Part shown: piece by piece, positions 1-11,799 of the stretch
Position numbering within the stretch: the first letter of the stretch is position 1
How the letters are laid out: the number at the start of each line of letters is the position of its first letter
Assembly (NCBI RefSeq): GCF_000143415.4
Contig: NW_003314262.1
Span: 5,411,876 to 5,475,875, forward strand
Length of the DNA stretch: 64,000 nucleotides
Direction: 5' to 3'
Source of the DNA: Selaginella moellendorffii
Lineage: Eukaryota; Plantae; Lycopodiophyta
Program-made: the position numbers and the translations under genes
Notes under the pieces: generated by a model
Told to the model about the DNA's origin: nothing
The model's database searches: none
The model's input: the letters and a program-made list of their open reading frames with translations, nothing else

Positions 1-3000
1 ACGCGGCGATTTCAGAACAAACCTCCAATCTCCCATTGGAAAAGCTAAGCGAGGACTTTAAAGGTGGGGAGGCCATGGAACAATGTAGGACTTGAAATGC
101 GTCGGCGTTCATGTTCGTGAGCATTGTTATTTGTTTCCCTCTCGTTTGAATGTGATGAATTCCCAAATCTGCAGCCATTCTCTTCGCATAAATGGTCTTT
201 AGAAGAGCCTGGTCACAAAACACATTATTTGTAAGCTTTACAACATAATTACGTACCTCTAGAGGTGGTGGTTCCTTTCCTCTTTCACTGCGCAGATTCT
301 CCGTAAAACGAACAAGATCTTTGATACCTTTTTTCGCCGCTTCCTCAGCTGAATCAGTGACTGCTTCCCACTGCATGCTACTCAAGCTACAGACTTGACA
401 GTTCGACTCCATTGCAAGCTGCATGCCATTGGTCAGGTCACATAGAAATCCACATGTGTCGTTTTACCTGCACATCTTCGTACTCTAGTTGAGGAAGACT
501 ATGGTATTGCGCCTAAACCGCAAAGATAGTCAGGAAAAGCTGTGAGAATTAACAGAATTTACCTTCGATATTGCTTCAAAAAGCATTTCTGCGTACAAGT
601 CGACTCCAACTTTGCTGAATTCCCCGCTCTGTTTCTCGCCAAAAATGCTTCCAATACCTCTAATGGCCATGTCTCTTTCAGCAAGCTGGAAACCTTGGCC
701 TAGTGCACAACAGTCCTCGAGTGCACTCAATCTTTCCTGGAACGAAAAGTTTCTATATAGAAAGAAGAATTAAGAGACTTTCGTACCAGTGCATCGGAAC
801 TAAGAAAATCCTTGGGTGGATGCAGCATATAGGCATGCGCTACCTTGTCTGCTCTCCCAACCCGTCCGCGAAGCTGATATATCTGTGCAAGTCCGAACAT
901 CTGTACATTCTCCACGATAATTGTATTTACAGTTGGAATGTCCAGCCCACTTTCAATAATGTTGGTGCATAAGAGTATGCTCGTCCCCTTTTCAGTAAAC
1001 TTGGTCATTGTTGCCTCCAGCTCAGTTGCACATTTCTGAAGTCGAAATCATATACTTACGTTGAGATGCTCAAAACTTAATCACGGTACCTTGCCATGCG
1101 CAATGGATACTTGTACTCCAGGAACCAGCAATTTGAGTTTCTTTTCGGTGGACTCCATATCTGTAGAAAGGGTCTTAGTGTCATCATCAGTGACCAGCTA
1201 ATAGAGAATCATCACTACTACCTTGAATCCTGGGTACAACATAGAAGACTTGGCCTTGTCGATCCAGTTCAGCCTTGATGGCATCTTTCACCATGTCCTG
1301 AGAGTAGACGCATACATGTGTCTTTATGGGCCGCCTTTCCGGTGGTGGTGTTGTCATCAAGCTGAATAGGGATAACTTCAAGCACATAAGTATAACACTC
1401 TTACGTGCAAAAGGAAAACTACCTTGCATCTCGAAAGCCACTTAATGCCATGTGTAGTGTCCTAGGAATCGGCGTCGCGGACAGAGTCAATATGTCTACT
1501 GTCGTCTTCAGCGTTGAAATCTTCTCTTTTTGAGCAACACCAAATCTCTGGAAAGAAAAAACGAAAAGGTATGCGTAAAAATGCAAAGGCAGGAATGAAT
1601 GTACCTGTTCCTCATCGACAACCAAAAGTCCAACTTTTTCGTACTGTATATTGTTGCCAAGAAGAGAGTGAGTTCCAACGGCAATGTTTACAACCCCATC
1701 GTTGATTCCCGCAATAACCGCTCTCCTATCTACGTTGTTCTGCCATTAAAAAAATTCAAATAAGCATGGAACCTTATAACATAGTTGTGCCATACCTGAA
1801 ACCGGCTGAGAAGAGCCACTTTAATGTCTGGAAAATTTGCAAAACGCTCCTTGATGCTCTCATGGTGCTGCTTAGCAAGTACGGTCGTCGGAGCCAAAAC
1901 CATGACTTGCTTCTTTGCGGAGACTGCGTAGAATATTGCACGCATAGCAACTTCAGTCTTTCCAAAACCAACATCCCCACAAATAAGCCTGTCCATTGGC
2001 GTTTCCGCGTCGGTCAAGTCTCGCTCAACATCTAAAAATGCCTGAGAAGAAAAACCACTCAGCATTTTTTCAAGCTCGCAAAAAATACTCTTACCTTGAT
2101 CTGATCCGGTGTTGGCGTGTACGGGAATTTTCCAGCGAACTTGCTCATCGCAGGAACGTCCTTCGAATACACGGGTCTCTTCTGCTTCAAACGACGGATA
2201 TAAACATCGATCATCTTCACGACCCGCCTCTGAGCGTCCAAGCTTCCTTCAGTCCTTCGTTTCTCCCACTGGCTTCGATCATTTAGCTTGCTGAGAGCTG
2301 GATATCTTTTCACCGATTCACCAGGCCTACAAAACACGAGGAAAAACTATCTTAAATCCAGAAAACGAAGAAAAGAAAACAAAGAAAAAAGAACTATGCC
2401 TGAAGTATCTGTAGAGAAGTCGCCGAGCTTGCTTCGCGGGAAGTTTAGCCATACCATCGGCATATCGAAGATAGACGTACTTTTGTGGCGATTTTCCACC
2501 CTCTGGAACTTCCTCCTTGAGGCTCACAAACTGGCCAATTCCAACCTTCTTGTGAACTATATACTCCCCGGATATGAGCTTCTCTGGATCAACGTTATAG
2601 CTCATTCCCAGCTTCGCAAACTTCTCCCGGAGAGCCAGCATTCCCTTTTTAGGCTTCTCGTTGAGAATCTCATTCAGCCTCTTCATATCGCTCTTCTCCA
2701 GCGGGCTGTGCATCGCCGGCTCCTGCTCCAGATGCTTGTGAAGATGCGTTAGCGAATCGATGCAATCGCCTCCCTCGGACGAGAAATCCCCGCTCAGCTC
2801 CACAAAGCTCTTCCTGCTGCCATGATCGCTCCACGCCGGCGTGTATTTCCTCGCCGCGTTCTGATCGGCCAGGTAGTCGAGCTGGATTGCTTCCTTCGTG
2901 TGGACTCTGGCAAGAACCGGGAAGAATGCCTGCTGGCATCCGGCGCTTACCTTGGAATTCCATGGCGCCGATGCCGCAATGCCGCCGCTCGCCTCGATTG

Positions 3001-3040
3001 GAACGCTCCAGCATTGGACCGAGACGATCGAGACGGCCAT
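1..3040 (-). CDS. Mfd/TRCF-like transcription-repair coupling SF2 helicase, probably plastid-targeted, multi-exon; 3' end runs off the window
   Basis: CarD/RID-like segment ([14 protein letters not shown]), Walker A region [22 protein letters not shown]|[54 protein letters not shown] at 3040; GT-AG introns. Confidence 0.93.
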
Positions 3041-3190
3041 GGCCGCGCTCCAGGGCTTAAAACCCCACGGCCAAATCAGCAAACTAAAGCCATTCCATCC
3101 AGATATTTTTAACTAGCCACAACAGTTAATACACGAGGGGACAAGCTAATTAACCTTCTTCCCTCTAATAAATCACTTCTTACATGCTAA

Positions 3191-5330
3191 TTAATCACTT
3201 CTTTTCTTCTTCACTTCTAATGGTATCTCCTCCACTGCTTTGTATGGGCTGGATTCGTCGAGAACTTGGATCACGAGTTTTACCTGGAACATCCAGTTTA
3301 GAGGCGTGAAAATTTTTTTTTATCGATCTCTTCGAAGTTCGTACCTGAGCTGTTTCACGAATGAGAAAATCTGCGATGGCTGCTCGAAAGTCTGGATCGG
3401 GAATGTAGTGAGCGCTGTAAGTCGCGGTTGGAACGTAGCCGCGCTGGAGTTTATGCTCTCCTTGAGCTCCAGCTTCAACTTTTTTCAGCTTCCATTCTAT
3501 TGCGGCCTCTATCGCCTGTGAAGGAGAGTTTCCAAATCCTGCTCATGAGAAAGAGAACTGGATCAAGTACCTGGTAGTAGCAGGCTTCGAAATGAAGCAT
3601 CGGATAGAAAACGTTGGGAAGGCTGCCCCAGTTACGACCGTAGAGTGTGTCGTCGCCAATGAGATTGAGAGCTCCCGCCACAAGCGTTTCGCCATCCTCA
3701 GCAGTTACGAGCAGCACCTTGTCACCAAGTCGAGAGCCCAGTAAATGAAAGAACTCCCTCGTCAAGTATGCCTGACCCCATCTGCGATGCAATCGAGAAT
3801 GTCAGCAAACTGGAACCGAAGCGGACTTCTAATACTTATTATCTGTCGTGTTGCGATAGAAATTAAAAAACGCATCCCAATGGTGTGCCTGGAAATACAC
3901 GTGAACTCAACGTCGTAAGTCAGGGATGAAGATACCTTGATGTCATCTCCTCGGAGGCGTTTAAGCTTCAATTTTTGGTCTTGGATCTGAATGAACGCAA
4001 GCATCCAAAGTTGTTCAAGAAAAAAAAAAAAAAAGAAAAGAAAAAAAACTATGCACGCTTGGAAAGCTCTTACCTTCTTGCGCTCTTGACGAATACGCTT
4101 TCGTTTGGTATGCCTCAAAGTCGCTAAAAAGTCATCAAAGCTGCAAAAGATAGATACACATCAATCACCAAGCACGCGAAATAAAATACCTTTTATAGCC
4201 GGCATTGGACCAGTGATACTGTACACCCATCCTCTGCAAGAAGTTGTGCTTGCCCATCTCTTTCCACTCATCTTCAGTTGCAAAAGTAACGTGAACAGAT
4301 GACGCTTGAGACTGCAACTCAAACAATCCCCTGGTTAGCAACGCAGCAAAAACACACCGAGAGTAACAGTTTACTTCGACAACACAGCCAGAAATGTGGT
4401 ACTCGGATTCTCATACTTGATGTGCGAGCTCCCGCAGCGCCTTGCAAATGCCAGCGAAAACCTGCTGCTTCAATGGACCGTGACGCACAAGTATCCGCGG
4501 CCCTGTGGCTGGAGTAAAAGGAACGCACGACTGGAGCTTTGGGTAATACATATGGCCGTAGCTCCGATAAGCGCTGGCCCATGAATGATCGAAGACGTAT
4601 TCCCCGTATGAATGACTGCAACAGAACAAAGAAAAGAAAAGCAGCTAAACGTATAGTAACCTTCGCTTGTATCAAGCTATCACCTTTTCAAGTACAACGG
4701 GACCACTCCAAGAACCGCTCCATTGTCGTCTCTGGCAACTAAATGCTGTGGAAGCCATCCCTCGTCCTACAAACCGCGAAACAGTAAGAAAAAGAGTGAG
4801 AAAAGATAGTACATCACTCACCGCAACAGCACTTTTGCTATCCTCTAAACACGAAAGAAATGCGTGGGTAACAAATGGATTCAAGACACCTCCGGCAGCA
4901 TCAAGTGCGCAAGCATCCCAATCATCCGCGGGAATCGTAGAAATCGTAGACACCAGGCTCACTGTAATCGTCGTAAGCTGATCGGACGAGCCCTGCAAGA
5001 ATGAGCAAAATTCACGCACAAGAAGAGCAAAAATTTTTTTGAAAAAAAACATGAAAAACCTGCGCCGCGACAACTCCATCGGACTGTAGTTGTGATGACA
5101 AAGAAAACTCTCTTTCCAGAGACTTTAAGCGCGGTTTTCCCCAAAACAATGCGCGGACGACACCATGTCCTCTAGATTTACAGGATTCCTGCCAAATAGC
5201 ATCCATCGTTTTGGATAGAATCGTCGCTAGCAAGCATAGATACCTCGGGCGCCCATGATCTTGGCAGCAAATGTGGAGCTCTGATGGTCCCGGCGGCCAC
5301 TCCAGCGCCCAAGCCGCGCGCCGCCTCCAT
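3191..5330 (-). CDS. DUF482 / FemAB-like GNAT-fold protein, multi-exon, with transit-peptide-like N-terminus
   Basis: NPFVTHAFLSCLE, HSYGEYVFDHSWA, PKLQSCVPFTPATGPR, AYLTREFF, LYGRNWG and LHFEACYYQ motifs. ATG at 5330; last exon ends in TAA at 3191. Confidence 0.88.
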
Positions 5331-5449
5331 CCTCGCTACCTTCCCTGGCTAAAACCCTAAACAACGAAAAGAGATACCCGAGCAAATCCAGCCGCTCGTT
5401 TGATGCGGGTAGTTCCTTCTACCACCCCCGAGGCACAGTGTATATTTTT

Positions 5450-6950
5450 TTCTCGTTTTTTTTCTAGAAGCTTGCAAAGGAAAAATGCGGGAAGGAAGAT
5501 TTCGATTCATCGCTTGTTTACAAATCAAGGAGGAGAAAAACGAAAGAAAACGAGAACAATCTCTCACCTCCATTCTCAGCTTGAAAATGTTACAGCGCCA
5601 CGAGTTCTTTCACCTGGTAGAGAATTGCTTGAGAGGAAACGAATCGAAAACAAGATAAAGGAGAAAACAATGACGAGAAACTTGTTCCATATCCAGACCT
5701 GCTGTTTGCTCCAATCGAAAGATTTGTTGTCAGCAGCACGCGAGCGAATCTTGCTGCTGAGCAGTCATAAGGCAGTCCATGTAGAATGCCACAAGAACTT
5801 TGAAGCTTCTTCTTCAACTTCAACTTCTTCTATTTCTCTCGTTTTCCTGCAAGGAACTTTGTTGCTCTGAATCGAGAGATCGTCATACTGCTGATGCTGA
5901 TTGAGACGAACGAATCGAATGGGGCTTTCCACAAAGGCTACCTTATGACTGCTCAAGAAAGACAAGATGAACTAGCTCCTGCTGGAAGAACAAAAAAAAA
6001 AAAACCTGGACATTAGAAGCCACTGCAGCGCACAACACACTCGCATTCATAGAACACCGAGGGGAAAAAACAAAGAAAGAAAAGAAGAAGCAGAGTTAAG
6101 AAAAACAAATGCAAGGAAGAACTCGGTCACTTACAGTACCAAAAGCCATTAAAGGCCTTCAACATCCAAACAGCTGCACAACACGCTGCTGAGCAAAACT
6201 GGAGAAGCGGCACGGACATCTGGCAGGAAAGCAACGAATGGAAAGAAAGAAAAAAAAATTATTGGAAAAGGAAAAACACTGTAAAAACAAGAACAACGAA
6301 AATGAAAGCTTGCTAGATATCAATCCATTTATCATCAAACTCACTGACTGCCGCACTGCTGCTGCAAAGATCTGGAGATTCACTCAAACTGCACAGCTCT
6401 AGAAACTCAATCAATGCACAAACTTTTCCAAGAACCAGATCAAGAACACCAACACAAAACTTTAGTCCCAGGAGAAAAAAAAGAGAGAGAATGTAACAAG
6501 AGTAATCCAAGAGCGAGGAGTCTACTGACAGAGTATCTATATATACACCAACAAACTGCGACGAAAACATTCCCATTCCGCATTCAAATCAAACTTGTAC
6601 GCTCCAAAAACCTTATCAGTAAGAAAAACGAGAAGTATCTCACCTCAAGCACTCAAAACAAAGCGAGAGAAAACGAAACACAAGAGCCAGACTAAAACCA
6701 CACTCGTATATATATGTATATATACAGCAAAGACTCGCAAAGGCAGCACCGGGAAGCAAAGAAAAGTATGAAAAACAAACCCACCATACGTACTACAAAG
6801 CGTAAGGAAGGAAAAGAGAAACCACTAAGTTGTTGGAAACAAATAACGCACGGAAAAAGAAAAGAAATGATCGAGCGCTCCTTCTCGAATGAGATCAAAC
6901 AATGCAAGCCAAGAAAACTCGGGCAAAAACACCATAGAGAAGATTGTTCC
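5450..6950 (-). ncRNA. Putative spliced pri-miRNA host transcript
   Basis: No credible ORF. Minus-strand U-rich intron-like tracts with donors and acceptors (AG|GTGAGA near 5568, CAG|GTCTGG near 5698, poly-T..CAGCAG near 5980) and an upstream TATA box. Ends are approximate. Confidence 0.5.
5748..5969 (-). ncRNA. Probable pre-miRNA hairpin; candidate mature UGAGCAGUCAUAAGGUAGCCU (5955-5935), star 5776-5756
   Basis: 18 consecutive pairs extend to a stem of about 33 bp with 3 mismatches. Its G:U wobbles work only on the minus strand. A lower stem AUCUUG/CAAGAU is present, and the 21-nt duplex has 2-nt 3' overhangs and a 5' U. Confidence 0.8.
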
Positions 6951-6976
6951 ACCGCGCTCGCTCGTACGAGAGCTTT

Positions 6977-6986
6977 CCTTTTATAT
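6977..6986 (-). promoter_or_regulatory. TATA box (TATAAAAG) of the putative pri-miRNA
   Basis: Minus strand reads CCAAATATAAAAGGAAAG, upstream of the non-coding spliced region. Confidence 0.45.
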
Positions 6987-7942
6987 TTGGAAGAGGCCCG
7001 AGGAGAAAAAAACGCTCACAGAGCACTGCTGCATAGTAGAGCCTCTTTCACGGTCATGGCGAGTCATTTTCTCCTTCCAGCTACCAACTTTAAAGCTTCC
7101 AAAGCCAACAACGAGCAGCCTGGACCCGTGTTTCAACCAACACTTTGCTAGCTGCCTGGAGAAGTCGCAGAGCTTAACTTAGAAATAAGCTCTCCCATTC
7201 CATCAAACAGCAGCAAAAAAGGAAGAGAAGAGGAAGACGAAGACGAAGAAGAAGAAGAAAGCCACAAAGAGATGGAATCTCGTCACAAAAAAACAATGGC
7301 CAAATCGGCCCACCTCACATGCCAACTCTGCAGCCAGCGATGGATTATTGTGCCGGGTCACGAGAAAACACAGAACTTTAGCTGGAAAACCTTTGGACTT
7401 CATGGAGTACAAGGAAAAGAATCTGAAAACCATCAACCATGACAGCAGCAGTGGAACAGAAGAAAATGAGAGAACAGTGGCCGCAACAATTCCACACAGA
7501 AGCAAGAGCGACGACTGAGCAGAAGAAGAAGAAAAAAACACCGAAAAAACCATCCATCCCAATCGAGAGCAAGTTGAAGAGGCCCGAACAGAAAAGAAGA
7601 GGAAAGAAAAAAAGAAAGGGAAAGGGAAGAACAATGGTGTAAGAACCGAGCCTAGCAAGAATGCAACAACGGGGACAACATGCCCAATTGATCCAGAAGC
7701 TGGATCGACATCGTCAAAAGAAAATCTGACACTGCGGTAAAATCAATCAAACCACCGATCCATCCCACTGCATTTCTGCATTTCAGGCATTTTCCTCCTC
7801 ACCCAACTCGAGCGCGACCCTCCACCAAGAAAGAAATGGGAGATAGAGCGCCCATGAAGGAAGATATCCATGGAGTAGAAGAGAGAAGGAATAGATCCAT
7901 GGCTTCACCAAAACCCCAAGAGAGAAAGAGAGAGGGGAGAAA

Positions 7943-8100
7943 ATTGACTAGAGGCTTTCTAAATTTTAAGTTTGACTATTACTTTTTGACCCAAGTTGAT
8001 TGGTTTGTAGAAAATGGAGAGAGAGTAAAAAGTAGAAAATTATTTTCTTGACTAGAGATTTCCTAAATTTATGTTTGACTATTACTCAAGTTGATTGGTC
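7943..8100. repeat. Short imperfect direct repeat, two copies of about 55 bp
   Basis: TTGACTAGAG..CTAAATTT..GTTTGACTATTACT..CAAGTTGATTGGT occurs at about 7943 and about 8048. Confidence 0.7.
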
Positions 8101-8219
8101 TTTGTATTTGTTTAACTCTGTGTTGTTGTTTGTGCACAACCAAGAAGAATTATTTTCTTTTAGGGGCTGGCTGGACTGCCTGGCTGCTTATTCTTGTTCT
8201 TGTCAAGATCTTCCAAGTA

Positions 8220-9150
8220 CTATTCTTCTGTTTCCTCCACCTTAAATACTTTACCCTGGGATTTTTTCCTCCAGATTTTTAACTCCTTTCCATTGGAATG
8301 AGAGGTGAAAACGATTTTCTTTGGAAGGCCCAGGTTCAACTTCCACTGTCCTTTTGTGCTCGTCCATAATGCCCAAAAGCTGAGGAGGAGAATCTTAAAA
8401 CCTCTTTTGCCTTTGACAATAAATCTCCCTCTTTCTTCTTCTCTGGCATTTCCCATTTTCTAGAAGCAAGCTGTTGCTGAGAATGAGTATATACACACAT
8501 AAGAGCGATCTGGAAGGATAAGTGGGGTTAGAGTGAACTTAGCAGCAAACTTTGCAAAAGAAAAACCAACCTCAAGAAGGCCTCCACCGCTCTCGAATAA
8601 TTGCCTTGCAAGGTTGTAAAGCAACAGTTCATTCAAGATGGTTGTTGTTGCTAGCAGGCGCGTGGAGCGGTGGTCCAAAAACCCAAACCGAAAAAAAAAT
8701 ACGCTATCGCGCTGCTGCTGCATACCTCCATAGGAGCTCCAGCTTGTCCGCTATCCAACGCGTATAGCGCGATTAGTTGGACAGAATACGTTTCCTCTCT
8801 GAAACCGAAGGATTTCCCCGCAGATATGTCTTCCAAATGAGATATCAGGGGCCTCAATCCCTGTAACTTTTGCCAGAGGCCTGTCTATATTCTCGGCTAC
8901 GTGACGCAGAATATATGCCATTCTTTTGCTCGTCCACCTTTCTGCCACAAGACACGCGGCTCAATACAACGTTGTAAATTCACCATCTATACCTTTTCTA
9001 TGCGTATGATAATCCATGATAGCTCCACTCGTCTTGTATATACTTTCGCACTGGATCCGCCTGCTCTTTTAACTAGAATATATTCGTGAATCGTCGTCCT
9101 TTCAGCCAGGACAAAAACGATGCAGCCTGTACTCACTGCCACAGCAAAGC
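8220..9150 (-). pseudogene. Possible degenerate gene remnant of unknown family
   Basis: Exon-like pieces with donors (..GQAGAPME|GTATGC; RLLATTTILNELLLYNLARQLFESGGGLLE|GTTGG), but upstream frames contain stops. Confidence 0.25.
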
Positions 9151-9246
9151 TTTCAAAAACTTTAGAAAACGAGGCGAGAAAAAACAACAAACAAGTGCAT
9201 GGTCAACCTGATCGATACGGAAGTCCAAGTTAGATCGTAAGCGTCG

Positions 9247-11622
9247 TTACTGGAATATCGTAGTTAAGTCGCTGCATAGTTCTTGAAACTTCGCTGGCCG
9301 CTTCTCTTCGATGACTTGGCAGAGATACTGCCTCACGAGCTGTTGGGGAGGCGTAAACTCGCTTTGCTTCGCAAGTAGGTGTGCATCGTTCGAGACAGCA
9401 ACACCGTGCAGCGCGCAAAACTCTTGCATATCATCTACCTGAAACACCTTTTCTATTTGAGCAATTCAAAAGCAGATAGAGAAATGAAAACTTGTTTTCG
9501 CTTACTGTCATTAGCAGCAATTCCGCGATGTCAGAAAGAGGAAAGGGATGAAGTTTGTAGGCACCGTAGTTTATCATTTTTATTGCAGACGCACGGACCT
9601 GAAAAAACAAGCATTCCTCGTTGTTCTAGTGGACGAAACCACGACACAACCACACACCTCATTAAAATAGAGTTCCATCAAGCATGCTTGCAAATACGTA
9701 GCCTTGGTTACCAACCGGAAGAAACCCCGAAAGTTATCTTGACGGTAACACCTACGATTACATGGTTAGAATATAATCTCGACAGACGCTGCAAATATAG
9801 TACCTTAAAACGCTCCGTGCAAACTCCACATCAGATGATTTCAGCAGCGCAGGCCTGACACTCTGAAACCATAGTGTAAGTTGTTGGGGCTGAAACACCA
9901 GTTCCCAGAGACGCATTAGATAGTGAAGTTTAGCAAAAGGAGTGTTACCTGACCCAAGTTAAGAAGCACATAGTAGCTGTAAAATTCAGCCTCGTTCTCG
10001 AGGCTTTTGCTGCTATCTCCAAGAATTAAATACAGATTAAGAAGGCTTAGAAGAGCTTTCGAGAGTTGTTGTTGGTTTAGATGGGAATCAAAAACTTTTC
10101 CAGATGTCCTCAGTTGCCGCAATTCACGTTCGGACACAATGTGGAAACGCACCTGCATGAGCATTACATCTAGTGAGGTTAGCAACAAACGTAAAGAGAA
10201 CGCTTACTATGTTTTCGTAAACGGAGACAGCCAGCTTGTCGGTTATCCGCTGCATACTTAGCTCTTGACGAATAGCCCGTGTTCGATCAAAGAGAAAATC
10301 ATGCACCACTTCAAAAGGATAGTCGTCCACGTCCAGAATGTGAAGCAAATGCATCATTGTACGACACAAAACAGGCAGTGGACGTACGTCAGACTCCTTT
10401 AGAGACTTTCCGGAGAAAGTCCTACAGAACTACAAAAGAATACAAACGTTAGGACCACTAGTGCTTCAAGTTCAGCACTAGACACACGATTGACATACCT
10501 TTTTCACAGCTAGCTCTTTCGTTGTTTTGCTCTGATTGCTGTCCAGCCTTTCGAACACTGCAAGATCTCTCAGCCGTGATCTCTTTTCCCGTTCTTCGGC
10601 TGAAAATTGCAATAGTCGTCACTATAAAGAACCCGAATTATATGAAGTAACTCACCAGGACACATATCCGGACAGTTCCCAACGATGTGAGGCCAGTCGT
10701 CATCATTTTCCCGTGTTAGAACCGCCTGCCTGTAGAGCATAAGCAGGTAGTCGCTGCTAAGTTTGACGGGCGAGTGTTTTCTGTCCCTGGTAGAAGAGGG
10801 CTCTCCGAATTCACCAAAGCTTTCAGAGTTGATGTTCTCTTTAGGAAATTCGTGTGAAACCCCGTGTGATCTTGTTTCGGCGCTCTTTCGAGGGGAAAGT
10901 CCGTGATCTTTGGAGTTCTTCACGTGATCTGAACGTTTCGTCCACCTTTGGGAATTTGTTTGCTCGTTAAAACTTCGCTGCTGCTGCTGATGGTTATTTA
11001 CGTTACGAATGGAAGAGCTGTTCCCTCTTCCATTGCCTCGATAAGGATTCCTCTCAAAGGAGCCTGCGCCATTTCTTTTGTAGTAGTCCTCGGAACCGCG
11101 AGAGCTTTGGATATTGCCACTCCCGTATATCTGAGCTGCGTAGTTTTCACGTCGGAAGTTTCCATAACTGTTGTTGTGGCTGCTACCACCTTGACGAGGA
11201 TTAGCATTTCCTCCTCTTCCGCCACGAAAGTTCTCAAACCTTGTGAAGCGTTGGCCACCATCTTGAAAGCCAGGATTCTCGAAGCCACACCTTTGATCAC
11301 CCCAAAACCTTCCACCACCCCTCGCATTTCCAAAGCCATCCCGTTGATCACTCCAAAACCTTCCACCGCCCCTTGCATTTCCAAAGCCACCCCTGTGATC
11401 ACCCCAAAACCTTCCACCACCGCTCGCATTTTGAAAACCATCACTTCCAAAGGTTCCTTTCGGCTTGAAATCCAAGTTCCCAAACTGGCCGTCAGAGAGA
11501 TCGCTTCGCGGACGCCTGTAGTAACTATCTGCAGTGCTCGGCCTCTGGATCCTCTCACTCCCATCATCATCAGCTCCAAAATCACCTCTCCCTCCACGAA
11601 ATCCTCGACTCTGGGTCATCAT
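9247..11622 (-). CDS. SAC3/GANP/THP3 family protein (SAC3C-like) with RGG-rich N-terminus
   Basis: IVGNCPDMCP, HDFLFDRTRAIRQELSMQ, VRFHI and ENEAEFYSYYVLLNL motifs. ATG at 11622; C-terminal exon ends at 9247. Confidence 0.88.
11278..11440 (-). repeat. 51-bp coding tandem repeat, three copies (GGGRFWGD.R.GFGNAR)
   Basis: Seen directly in the translation and in the DNA (CCCCAAAACCTTCCACC units). Confidence 0.85.
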
Positions 11623-11799
11623 TTTGGTCGAATTCGATGACAATTATCGGGAAATCATCACGGATGCCCCACCGCTGCGCGATTACCCAGCCGCCACCGG
11701 CATTGCGTCCGCAATCGCCATCGACCATACCTTAAAGAACACGAAATCGTCCCCTTTGCCGCTCCATCGCCACAGCAAAACCCTAGCAATTGTTCTTCC

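Noticed and set aside
1-5330. Bacterial contamination or recent HGT for the adjacent Mfd and DUF482 genes
   Set aside because: Both have many spliceosomal introns and transit-like N-termini, and both families are known in plants.
6159-7900. Numerous short K/R-rich or F/L-rich ORFs
   Set aside because: Explained by A-rich compositional bias; no recognisable protein.
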